NCBI RefSeq assembly: GCF_032062105.1
Contig: NW_026938786.1
Coordinates: 1-64,000, forward strand
Length of the DNA: 64,000 bases
Origin: Saccostrea cucullata
Taxonomy: Eukaryota
Direction of reading: 5' to 3'
Of this stretch, positions 38,585-56,675 are shown piece by piece; within the stretch, counting starts at the first letter, position 1, and the number at the start of each line of letters is the position of its first letter. A program made the position numbers and the translations under genes. Under the pieces are notes generated by a model. The model was not told where the DNA came from. It ran no database searches and worked only from the letters and a program-made list of their open reading frames with translations.

Positions 38585-41500
38585 ATGGTAATACAATGCG
38601 TAGTTTTTAAATGTTCTAACAGACAAGGAAGTAAAACCAAAGAGAAAGGTGTGAGTTTTTTTCGCTTCCCTAAAGACAGGAAGAAGAGAGCAGCTTGGAT
38701 TAGGGCCATCAATAGAGATAACTGGTCTCCAAATGAGTACAGCAGGGTTTGTTCCGAACATTTTGTGGAATCATGGCACAGTGACGACCCTGCAGATGAG
38801 AACTATCGTCCAACCTTATTTAAATATAAAATAAAGCCAAAGTCGAAGTCGGAGACTGCCCGCAATGCCAGACATAGCAAAAGAAATTTACTTCAGGTGA
38901 ATTTATGAATAAGTTTACTTAATATGTTCATTATTGAGTACTTTGTTTAGAGCTAAATGGGCTCACTATGATGTATGGATTCTGTCTAAAGGTTCTTTGT
39001 TGCCCTATTTAATTGTAAATAATTCATTATCTTATCCCTTACCTAATGTGTTTTTTTATTTTCTGAAATCTCTCCTTTTTTTTTTACTTAATTATACAAT
39101 CACGTACATTTAATTAAGTATATTGTTGCAATTATAAAGGGTCAAAGTGTGAGTGCATCTTGCACATTATAATTATGTAGTACCACATACTAGTAAATAT
39201 ATTTAGACATTTAAAATTTATCAGACACCATACTATTTACCCAATTCTTACAGGTTATATACTTAAAATAACACTAATTAATGTTGTCAAATATTTTTTT
39301 TTGAATTACTATTACTGATAGTTAAAATCTGTTAAAGCTTGTAGTTTAATCCCTGAACCTTGCTAATATACACACTCCACAACTCTTGTCTAACTCCAAA
39401 AGTATGACTAGGCCACAAACATTAATACCCCACTACCTCCTAGGGAAAAATTTTACATAGTAATTCACATTGATCAAATATTTTTATAGTCCCATGATTA
39501 TATGTCTTTATTCTTCCAACAACTGCAGATTCATAAATCTGTCCTTTAAACAGGAGTTAAATGAGCAAGAGGAAAGAGAAACACAGACTCTACAGCAGCA
39601 TCTCAGGTTTAGCTTGTTTTCTCACAGCTATTGTCACCAAGGAACAACAAATGAAGATATCCCACCTTTTACAGACAGCTCTTGCATAGATTTACCTGTA
39701 GATGATGTTAACATCAAGACTTTCAAAGAGAAAGGTAAAGAGCTAAGTTTTAATATAAAATAAATTTTCTATTTTGAGGACATCTATTATTCTTATTTGA
39801 CACATTCCTCTATATTAGTTGGAAAAAAAAAATTCAAAAGAAGGAAAAAGATACACAAAACTAATATACATTAGGTTTATAGTATAGTATTAAAATAGTA
39901 TAATATCTTAAAAAAATCTTTCTGAGCAATTTTAAAATGCCCGGGCAAACTTCTTTCCAAATGTGAAAGGGCAAAAATAACACAGGGCGAAAGATAACCC
40001 TGTATACAGTATATATTTACATTAATGTTTGCCCTTATATAACAATAATTTAACAAGGCATTTTTACACTTCTTTTAAACATGTTTTTCATGACTGACCG
40101 TAGGTATGCAGTGTGACACTGACCCTTTGATGGCAGAAAATGACTCATTAAAGAAACAGGTGAAAGATCTCCAAATGGAAGTGAAGAAACATAAATGGAG
40201 TTTCCAGAAAATTACAGATGATGATTCCAAGACCCGCTTTTATACTGGACTTCCAACATTTGCTGTATTCATGTGGCTATTCAGGTATGTTTATAACATG
40301 TATAAAATTTACTATTACTTCTGCAAGGATTTATTCATCGTCACAAACCACGGCCAAAAAGTACGATATCCTCTCCCATTCTGGCCTTGGTTGAACGAGG
40401 AAAGAATTCTTTGTAGCTCATTAAAATATTGACCAATGCGAGTAAAGCATAGTCGGTTGATGAACTTTATTGCGACCTTTCAATATCCAATCGCAGTATA
40501 GGAAATATGTCTTGTATACTGTTGACATCATTTGTTGATTTCATTTGCGATGGAAACAGTATTGGCCACTGACTGAATATGACATCACAATAGAGAGGCG
40601 TAAATATTCAAGAATATGACTCTTTTTGTGATCAAGCAGCCACGGGTAGGAGATAGCTATATATGCGGACTCCAGACCGTGGCTTGAGACGATGGGGTTT
40701 ATTATCAGTTTTTTAACTTTTTTTTCATAATTTTATGAAATTGCATGTACATGTACTGACAAAATTTTTTGCATGCTTTTAGCTTTCTAAAACCAAAGGC
40801 AGAGAAAATGAAGTATTGGCTAGGGACAAGCACAGATATTTCTTCTGACCGCAAGAGAGCATCAGCAGGGGCATTGGATAACATCGATCAGATGTTTGCA
40901 GTTCTTATTAGACTGAAGGTTGGACTCTTGACCAGCGATATTGCTGAACGATTTCAAATTTCAGAGGGTACTTTTTCAAAATATTTTTCTACATGGATCT
41001 GTCTACTGTGGCAAGAATTGAAATGTTTAAACCCTTTCCCGTCTCGAGATATTATTCAAAGAACTATGCCATCTTCATTTAAAATCAGATATCCTTCAGT
41101 TCGAGTTATCATAGATTGTACAGAAATTTTTATACAAAAATCATCTCGTCTTGACACCCAAAGTTTAACTTTTTCAAATTACAAGCACCATACCACTGCC
41201 AAATTTTTGATTGGTATTAGTCCATCTGGAGTTATAACATTTGTATCTGAAGGTTGGCCTGGAAAAAACATCTGATAGAGAACTCACAATATCTTCAGGT
41301 TTAATTGAATTGTTAGATGAAAATGATAGTGTTATGGCTGATAAAGGTTTTACCATTAGGGATTTGTTGGAGAAAAAGAAATGCAAGTTAAACATTCCAC
41401 CCTTTAGAGGAAGTGCACCACAGTTCTCTACGGATGAAGTTTTTGAAACTCAAGATATCGCTTCTCTGCGTATTCATGTTGAGAGAAGCATAGGCAGAGT

Positions 41501-41618
41501 AAAGAATTTTCATATCTTTGATGGTGTTATGCCACTTACTCTTAAGCCTCTTTTGACCAAAATGTTTCAAGTTGTATGTTGGCTCACAAATCTTGATGTT
41601 CCTCTGGTAAATAACTAA
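38585..41618 (+). CDS. THAP + HTH + DDE_Tnp_4-type transposase, 4 exons (38585-38896, 39554-39734, 40104-40284, 40783-41618), ~502 aa if a +1 A at 41263-41268 is removed
   Basis: THAP C2CH (CVVFKC..FP..W..VCSEHF..PTLF), FYTGLP, IIDCTE, YKHH.T.K, ADKGF, RIHVERSIGRVK. Splice phases 0/1/2 join in frame. Confidence 0.93.
40336..40694. mobile_element. MITE in transposase intron 3, ~20-bp TIRs, 9-bp TSD
   Basis: CATCGTCACAAACCACGGCC vs reverse complement CATCGTCTCAAGCCACGGTC; flanks GGATTTATT (40327-40335) and GGGTTTATT (40695-40703). A deleted relative lies at about 27334-27391. Confidence 0.8.
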
Positions 41619-43308
41619 TTTGTCATTGCTATATACAATGTATAACAAAATTCAATGTATCAAATTTTAATTGGAATACACTTAATTAGTCTAGATATAT
41701 GATGTATATTCATTTTAGATATTGACAACAATTTTCACACTAATATAAAATTTTTCTCAAGACAGCTTGTCATTGAATTATTAAATTGTAACTTTCACAC
41801 AAAGAAAGAAGATTCCTCACAAAATATGAGGCATCTTGCCAGGCATTCCTACAATGGAGATATCAGAGTAGACTAGAGTATCCTGTAATTATTTTGAAAA
41901 TCTCTTGAATTGCCAATTTCACAATTTGTGTTACTTTTAAAGATATTTTGAAAATAGTTAAGAAATCACTCATACATGTTAACATTATTTGGTATCATAA
42001 GTAATGTAACCAGTATTTAATATTTTCTTCTATAAACAGAATGAGATGTCTAAAGGGGAGCAACTCTTCAATTTTAATTTTTGCATAACAATGTTATAAA
42101 AAGGCTTTCAGTATACATATGTATTTGTATAATGTTCTTACAAAAAGGTTCATCCACCGCCTGTATATCCTAACCTGTACAAAAAACCATAATAAAAGCT
42201 ATGTTTTATAAACTATATAATTCAAGAGTGCCTTATCAACCTATTGATATTATCTGGAAATTCTTTGATGTACACAAAATAATATCCATTTCTCTATTGG
42301 TTCTGAAGTACCTATTGTGAGAAAAATCTTATGATTGAAATGATGCCTTTAAATCATTTTGTATTTTAAAATATAAAAGCCCAATGAATTACATGCCATT
42401 GGATGGCATTGGTTTCTGGAATGAAATGTTAAAAATTACACAAAACAAAATTTTTAGAATACATTTTGACATAATATAAACTTGCAATTGGTGTTGCTGG
42501 TTGTTATAATTCCAAATGATTGAATTACTGTGTTCAAAATATTTTGAGTATAGGAGGTTTTGTTTATATTTAAGGTACCTAAAAAATGTTCTACACAAAA
42601 AATATGGATTAATCATACTGACAGAGAGTAAAATTTAAAAGGTCATAAAACTCAATTTTTCTTTAAATTATTTTTGTGTTATATGTTGATCTCATTTATA
42701 CTTTTAGCAGATACCATATGTTTTGAACAGTATACTACATACTCATGCAGTCTATGAAGTTGAACAGATTTAAATGTATGAAAATAAATAATATTTTGTT
42801 CTTTTAAATCAAATTTGAATTTATGTTGCAAAAAAATCCATAACAGCAAGGAATGTGATTAATGTGAAAAAAAAAATACATTGAAAAATAAATATAACCT
42901 GAATCCATATTGATTTTCCTTTCTTTCACTTTTACTATATATAGGTGCAAATGTGATTTTTTTTTTTTACAATAATCTATGCATGTGTTACCATATACTT
43001 GAACTTAAACTATACTTAAATCTACACTACCTGGATTAATATGACTTAATTATCATGCATTTGCTATTATTGAAAAAAAGATTTTAAAAGACATTTCCTT
43101 TATATTTCTGCATTACTTTGATACCCCCTAATCAACACTAATTCTTAATTATCTTCCCTTTACCCAAGGATCCTTTAATAAGGCAAGTAACTCACCCAGT
43201 GGATGGAGAAAAATTAAAAAATGTGAACAAATGTCTACAGATGACAGAAGCTGAACACTTTTTGATCATTAGGTAATGCTCACATTAGCCATTGGCTCAG
43301 GAAGTGAA

Positions 43309-45928
43309 TTAATTCTCAGTACATTTATAAAAAGGCAAGATGTGGTGAACAAAAAATTCAACTAGTTTTGGCATCATACGAGTACAGAACTCTGAGTCGA
43401 AATCAATTCTCTCTATAAAACAGTTGCTGTCCTTGGCAGCTGTCCAAACAACAAAATCACCCCAAGGACACCCCATTATTGCCATCTCTCCTTGGATCTG
43501 AGCATAGTACTTGTGGCTACGGTTCAAACGCGGTCCTACGGGTGTATTCTCCAGACAGAACCCCTCTTTTCCGGCTAGCTCATGGACCTATATGAATAGT
43601 ATAAACAAAATGTTAAAAAAATTATGTTAACTTTAAAACTGACAAAATGAAAGACATTAATACAATGTAATATGAAAAAATACCTCTTTTTCTACAATTA
43701 TTTCATTAGAGATTGAGTACGGGCACTTAATCTCCAGTACCCCTCTTTGACTCCCCAATGGCATAGACTTGTCACAAATCCACCCATCACTGCTGGCACC
43801 TAAAAAGGCATGGGATGGATAAATAGTGAGCCCTGCAGCCTCCACTGTTACATCAGAGACAGCATTCTGCAGTGTCAGGTAGTCTCTGACCGCTTCTTCC
43901 TCATGGTCCACACCCCACTGGACTGGACGAGGAAGCGTCTGATACCTGTGATGTATAGAATAATTAATATTTAAAAATATAAATTGGTTGAAATGCTGAA
44001 TTAATTTGTTTAATGTGAATTTTTACAATTATTTTTATTTATATATTTAATATTTTATTAATATTTTAATTTCCATCAAACCTTTGTAAACTGGATCCAT
44101 GTATAATTTGGTCCACAAGACTACGTGGGTTAGGTCCAGCATGTAAAACAGCTCCGAAAAGAGAACTCGTAATTCTTCCTTTGTGTAGTTCGGTCCAAAG
44201 AGAACATTTTCTTTGACCTTTAGTTCTTTCTTCAACATAGGCGCTCAAATCTTCGTCAATTGAAATTGGGATTGGCACTGTAATGATATGTATATGAATG
44301 AATCTAATGTTCATGATACATATAAAAGATATTTTATTATATACAATGTAATTCCTATTTTTTCTTACAGTTCTCATTTGACAAAATCAATGCTTTGGAT
44401 GCCATTTCCAATGGATCCTCATATGTCTCCACCTCAATCTCCCTCTCAGCTACAGGGGCATCATCTGGGATGTTCCACAAATGGCTCATACCTGAATTTT
44501 CATTTTGTTCAATAACATGAGAATCATAGAAATTAAAAGTCTGGAGTATGTTTGTATCATGTTTTAAGTAAATTGTAAATCGGCATTTAAAAATTTGTTT
44601 TCTCACATTTTCCTTCTTAAACCTAGCTGTACCTGTACTTGGGAAAATATCCTTTAAATTTCTCAGCTGAAGCAATGTAGTTTTTATGTCGAAGTCTCTG
44701 TCTGTGGTATGGCGAGGGTCAAATGAAGCATCCTCTATATCACTGGTTTCAGTGTCCATTTTATCTGCTTTTGACCTCAAGGTTTCTAATGGACCTGTTT
44801 ATATTGGTTTTATGTTATTTGCCAGTTAAAGAGCTTCAAAGTTCATATGTTTTTTGTTATCTGTTAACAATCTGACCATAAAAAATTTACTTACCAGTGG
44901 GTTTTTTAGATCTTCCTTTGGGTACTACCCATTTGCAGGGCTTACTCGTGCAGCTTTCCTGGGGCTTGATATGACTCAGTGCAAAGAGTAAACTCCCAAT
45001 GTGGCTACAGCTCTGGCCTAGCCTATTTTAAAAATATCATAGATTTTAGATCAAGTTATAATCAATGAAGTAAAAAAAAATTGTCTGCATAAAACTCTGA
45101 AAATATGCATACCCCACAGGACACTGACAATATCCATGATGTATGTTAGTCACAGACTGTCCATTCCTAGACAAACATATGTAAACTTGGTATTGGTGCT
45201 TCTTCATCGAAGCCTGGCACTTGGCGCTGATGTATATAATAGTAGTATTTATCTAAAAATCAAATAGAGAGTATTTTAAACATACCAGTTTATCAACAGT
45301 GTAACAATAACACAATTTATTAATTCTAACATTTACAAATATGAAAATGAACATATTATACTTAATAAGTACAAATGAGCACCACTATCAAATTATAAAA
45401 ATAAAATACTTATTGTATCAGAATTTCGACAGAAATAATTAACTATGTGCACTTATCACTGAAAAGGAGTACTGGATTTAGATCTATGTCTTTAACAGAA
45501 CAAAAACATTGTTTGTTTACCTCTGACACGCTAATCTCCTGGACATGGCCAGCTTCAAAATGTTTCACTGCTCTGTCCAACCCCTTAAAATTGTTCACAC
45601 TACCTCCTGTCGATTTGGGTCTCAGAATCATGAAGTTATATATATCAGAAAATGAAATGGTTGGAATCTGTGACTGGTCATGTATCTTGTAATGTACAGC
45701 GTTATAAGGTGGCAAATTCTCGTTTTCTCCTGTTGCAGGTGAGATACATTCTGCTAGGACTTCTTTAGACTTGGTCACCGGTGTTAAGTCGATCAATGGC
45801 ACTTGGCTAGTCAAAATTTCTCTAATTAGATCTTCTTTTTTCTTCTTCTTAATTTCTATTCCTTGATCGCGAGCTATTTCTTTCAGCGAATTTACCTTTA
45901 ATTTGTTCAAATTTTCGCGCTTTGACAT
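43309..45928 (-). CDS. ISL2EU accessory protein: SAP/HeH-like N-terminus, SWIM zinc finger, YqaJ/lambda-exonuclease; 8 exons, 565 aa, intact
   Basis: Exons 45928-45521, 45252-45113, 45022-44895, 44794-44633, 44491-44369, 44277-44082, 43945-43684, 43587-43309 total 1698 nt with no stops. Motifs LKVNSLKEIAR..KEDLI, YCQCPVGLGQSCSH, SCTSKPCKW, TKGQ..W..RITSS, WG..HE, GASSDG, EIKCP, YYAQIQG. Confidence 0.92.
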
Positions 45929-46094
45929 TATTGTTGACAGTGTTGCTAAGCCTAATGTCAATATCACAGGAATGCGGATGTTGCCGTCCGGAAGCATTTA
46001 TGCGCATGTGCGAGAATTATCGCGAAAAGGTTTATTGTACCATAGTCTACACATCGCAAAATTTCAATGACTTATCGTAATACATATGATGATG

Positions 46095-46759
46095 TTTGTG
46101 CCATTATTATTTAAAGTCATATACGCTATATGAACGCCGAATTTTGTTTGAAACAAAATGATTAATGATTTAAAACACATGAAGTGTAATGAAAAATAAT
46201 ACTATCCATAAAATTGTACTATAGATGTCGTTGTAATAACAAAACAATAAAACAATATATAGGAATTAAGAATTCAGTCTTTTCATGAATATTGATGAAG
46301 GAAGTACGTAAACAGTAGGCCTATATATAGAAACACATGTCCACGGGAAATCACAGACAACGAGGTATGTTGCATTTTGACAACAATTATTAATATAAGG
46401 TCAATATGCGTCAGAACAGAGAAGATGGTTGATACTGAATACTTTAAAAGATAAGTACCATTAAGTAAGACGCTTGCCATCCACGTCAAAAGTGAGTAGT
46501 ATCTCAAACAGCCTACCTTGTCTTCTTTACGCCACGTGTGTTTATCAATCTAAAAGTAGCGACGGCGTCACGTGATGGATTTATTTAAAAACAGCTATTT
46601 TTCTTTCCTTACAGGATAATAAATAATTATAATTTGATAACTTCGTAATGCGTTTAATTCTAATTGTGTAATTTACAGTATTTTCGTAACTTTTATTGAT
46701 AAACAAATTATATCAATTTCCAATCGTATTTTAACTGACGCAAGTTATAGCGTGTATAC
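46095..46759. mobile_element. TTAA-flanked (Kolobok-like) non-autonomous element; inverted partial copy at about 49720-50280
   Basis: TTAA|AGTCATATACGCTATA ... TATAGCGTGTATACT(T)|TTAA. ATTAAGAATTCAGTCTTTTCATGAATATT and other blocks occur inverted in the second copy. Confidence 0.7.
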
Positions 46760-49216
46760 TTTTAAGCATTCAATCATTTAAAGAAATATGTAGTCCATAA
46801 TTGCAAAGGTATTTGCAAACAAATTGAGTATTGTGCCAGTGCGCATTATGAAAATTTGTTTGCACAAATCGTTGCATATATGTGAGAAAACATATTTTTA
46901 AAAAATAATGAATCGGTGCTTATATTTTACTTTTTCTTACACCTTGCCTTGTTTTGCAAATTTGATTTATTATTTAGAATACTTGAATTATCTCAAACAT
47001 AAGTAACAATCAATCTAAATGATTTTGTTTTTAGATTTTTGCTTATTACTTTGCTCTTGCACGGCATTGAACGTTTGTGACGTCAGAATAAAACGCATAT
47101 CACACACTGTAACCGTTTTATCCCCGTTCTGTATTATGGTGTATAAAAATAAAATAAACCAAAATTGCAGTATCGATATAAGTTTACTATGACGTATCTT
47201 GTGCATTTAACAACAGAAAAATCTATTTTTTTTCTTTTCAAATGATTTTCTGTAGCATTAAAAGATATTGATCTTCAGAAAATGTGATTTTTTAATGCTA
47301 AATAATAATCTAGTATCATTGCGAATTTAGTATCATTGCGCTTCTTTCTACACGTAAAATTCAAGCTATAATATATATTAATGGGATAATTAGATTTGTA
47401 GAAAGAAATATTCAGTACGTCTGACGCCAACTATTTATTTAATTTTCTCCATAATTTAAAAAAAAACACTAACATCCATTTAAGCGGTTTTTGTATAGTA
47501 GATTAATGGAAAATAAATGCAATCATCTATTCCAAATACTGTATAATTCTTTTTTTCAATAACTTTAAGCCATACGGTTCATAAGTGTGTATAAACAAAA
47601 ATACATAATGAACGAATGTCTGCGGGGAATGGAACCCCTAGTGTCCATCTGCCTGACTCCCATACTGATACACCAACAGATATAAAATATTTTTCCAATT
47701 CTCCATTACTACATGAAAAATTACTATAGTATATAATGCATGTATACATATGAATTATATAATTCATTATTTCTTAAAACAGACATACGATATATTTCAA
47801 ATTCTCCATTATTACATGGAATATCACTATAGCATATAATACATGCATACATATGAATTATATTATTCATTATTTCTTTATTGCATTGCATGGAGAATAA
47901 ATTTCCCTAAACTAATTAAAAACCTTACATCATGAAAGCTGAGTACCTGAGTAAGCTTGTACATATTTTGAGGTCAGAAATAATATGGTTTGATATATTT
48001 TTTCCTTAAAGTTTCATAAATAGGACATGCAAGTTAAAAATTATATGCATATTCTTTACAGTGATTATTACAAAATTGACATAATGTATTGCTTCTCTCA
48101 ACTTTCTGATATCTTCCTGCTTCTATACTTAAGTTATGGGAAGATAACCTTATTCTTGTTATATTTTTTCTTGAATTTAAATATGTTTTGTCAAATATGC
48201 ATGGATTTTTGAAAAATTGTCACACACAATGTGTTTGTACAAAAAACACTTTGTTGAATTTTCGAAAAAAGCATTACAATCTTGGAGGTAATTATCCAAC
48301 AGTCTTTCTTTGTACAAAGATATAAACTTTGTAATATAAACTGTATTATATTAATGAAATCTTGCTTAGACCAAAAATTTCCAAGTCCCATTCTAAACAA
48401 TTCATCTTTAACATCCCTTGCCCATTTAATTTTAGAATGTTATTTATTTTCTGCATTATGCAATAGATATTCATAAGAAATTTTTAATATACAGTTATTT
48501 GTATGAAGTAATTCACACCAGTAATTCATAATTCTGATTTTCCTAGATGCATGGACAACATGGATGAAAAAAGATAGGGGTATGCTTTTAGAGAAGCATA
48601 ATCTTAGAGGCGTACTATTCTGCAGTACATGAACATCAAATATATCTATTATTATAATTCATTAATAAATATCTTAAAATCTTAAGAAATGAGAAATGAA
48701 ATTAAATGGCGGGCACCACAGTAAAATTGTATTGCCCATGTGTCGGATAAGGGAAGTTCCACCATAATAGGTTAAGCAATAAGTCAATCATCATTCTAAT
48801 TATTCGTCCAGGCATCTTCAATTATCAGTGTTTGTAAATAAAAACTAAATATTTCTAAGTTCAAGTTTATTACAACACATATAATGTACATCTTTTACTA
48901 AATACATTCAGTAGACAAAAAATACAATAATTTATTGCTTTAAAGAAATGTTTAACTCCCCTTCTTTTACCGAAAAAAAATATTAGTTAACAACTTTGCC
49001 ATTTGGTGTTAAACATTAGTTAAAGGAAGAACACCGCAGAGGAATATTATATTTAAATCCTTTGATGGATGATCATTCTTCTGTAAAAAAAGGAATTAAA
49101 TTAATGATTCACAGAAACAATAGCACATTTTTCTATTAAAAAATATCTTCAAACAACTGATATTTTTTTTGGTAATACAAAAAAACCTGGTTATTTAAGG
49201 ACTTAATGAAGTCTAC

Positions 49217-54700
<5,484 letters not shown>

Positions 54701-56216
54701 TTTTTTATTTCTTTTTTTTTATGCAAAAAATACTGATGCGTTCTTGTGAAGCTGTGAAATTGTCTTTCAACCAAATATATATAAAAATCTTAATCAATAT
54801 TTGAAATATGATTGGCTAAATGTCACGTTCTCTGAATTTTTCTTTTTAATTAACTATCGATTTTATTGAAGTTAAAATGAATAATCACAAATTTTACTTT
54901 ACAATTGCAGTTCAAAGTATCTTAATGAAAGAGTTGATTTTTTTTCAAAGGTTTAATGTCTCTTTTGTTATTCGGTTGTAGATTTCTGTTATTCTTTAGT
55001 GTAAGGTATCTCCAGAATGTGGATATTTTAAGAGAAAAGTAATATCTTCTTTCTTTAACTTACTCTTACAATTTTCTTGTAATTCTCTAAAAAAAATATA
55101 AAATGAAGAATAACCTTCATGATATTTCCATTGTAATTAATAACATGATTAGGAATTACGTAAGAAAAAAGTGAGACACATGCAGTTTCAAAATGCATAA
55201 ATTTGCCTCGTTGTCAGTAAGCAAATTGCTAACAGTGACAGTATGAGTGGGATGCAGGGAACTATAACAAAGAAATATCTGCTGTTTTAAAATATCTGGA
55301 AACAATTTTGATACATTTAGTAAAAACATAGAAAAAAAATTATCTTTTGTAAAAAAAAAAAAAAAGTCCCAAGGTTCATTATTTTATATGTGATATCTAT
55401 AAAAGGTTGACCCCCGTTTAAAAAGACCCCTTTTAGAGTGATACAAAATTTACAACTCAGACGCAAAAATATATATAATTTTAAAGGTGAAATTCAAAGA
55501 AATAAATGTACTTGTAAATGATACATGTATATGTTGTAAACAGCAGTTAAAAAGAAGGAATTGCAATATGCTTTTAATTTTAAACCTCATTGTTTTCTTT
55601 TTTTTTTACCTATTTAGATACTGCAAAAAATAACGTTCATCAAAAGAGTTACTTCCCCTTTTCCCCTCTATAGAATCTAGTTATATAAGTATAATTAATA
55701 GTACTCTTGATTATTTAAAGGAATGACAAGTTTTAGGGAACAGAAATAATGATATACCAGAGTTATTCGTAAAAAATGCTCCATGGGTTTTGTATGTTTG
55801 AGCAAAACGAGTAAAGTACACTATTTGATTTTCTTCTTCGACCGATTCTATTTCGTCCGAAGCCGGTTAGGGTGCGTGTTATGTATCTATAATTTTGGTT
55901 GTATAATTAAAAAGTTTGAAGACATTAAAATCTTTATATCTACAACGATTCTAATAGTAGTCTATTTCTTTTCTTATTAAGCATGGTGACTTTTCCAATA
56001 AGGAACCTAATCATCTTTTGGGAGATGGTTGGTGGTGTCATGTAGATGTGCAGTAAGGTTTCGAAATTTTGATTTTGCCCTGGGGGGTCAAATGGGTGTC
56101 GAAAAATGACTTTTAAAGTTGGAAAGAAGAAATTTTGCTGATTTTTATAAATCAAGGAAATGGAGATAGAGAGCAAGAGAGAACTTAGATACTTTGAGAT
56201 GATATTTACCCGGTGA

Positions 56217-56675
56217 AAACATACACATATAGATCTAAAGATACAAACACACATATATAGATCTAAAGATATAAACATACACACATAGATCTAAAGATAT
56301 AGACATACACATATAGATCTAAAGATATACACATACACATATAAATCTAAAGATATAAACATACACATATAGATCTAAAGATATAAACATACACATATAT
56401 ATTTAAAGATATAAAACATACACATATATATCTAAAGATATAAACATACACATATAGATCTAAAGATATAAACATACACATGTAGATCTAAAAAATGTAG
56501 ACATACACATATATATCTAAAGATATAGACATACACATATAGATCTAAAGATATAAACATACACATATAGATCTAAAAAATGTAGACATACACAAATATA
56601 TCTAAAGATATAGACAAACACAAATAGATCTAAAGATATGAACACATACATAAAGATCTAAAGATATAAACATAC
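56217..56675. repeat. Minisatellite, 28-bp unit (AACATACACATATAGATCTAAAGATATA), ~16 copies
   Basis: Direct reading. Confidence 0.95.

Larger units (their letters stand above)
38492..46033. mobile_element. ISL2EU-type (PIF/Harbinger-ISL2EU-Spy group) DNA transposon, 7542 bp, AT TSD
   Basis: AT|AAGCCTTTTCACGTTAACT ... AATTATCGCGAAAAGGTTT|AT (15/19 inverted) plus a 27/30 inner inverted block. Carries convergent THAP-DDE and YqaJ genes, the combination diagnostic of ISL2EU. Confidence 0.92.

Noticed and set aside
42145-42180. YTGGG*T resembling FReD exon 2 as the missing exon of paralog B
   Set aside because: No CDM or upstream similarity, contains a stop, and lies inside the ISL2EU spacer.
56217-56675. 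Regular repeats here and at 2098-2251 and 14017-14150 as CRISPR-like arrays
   Set aside because: Head-to-tail units with no unique spacers and no cas genes, in eukaryotic DNA.
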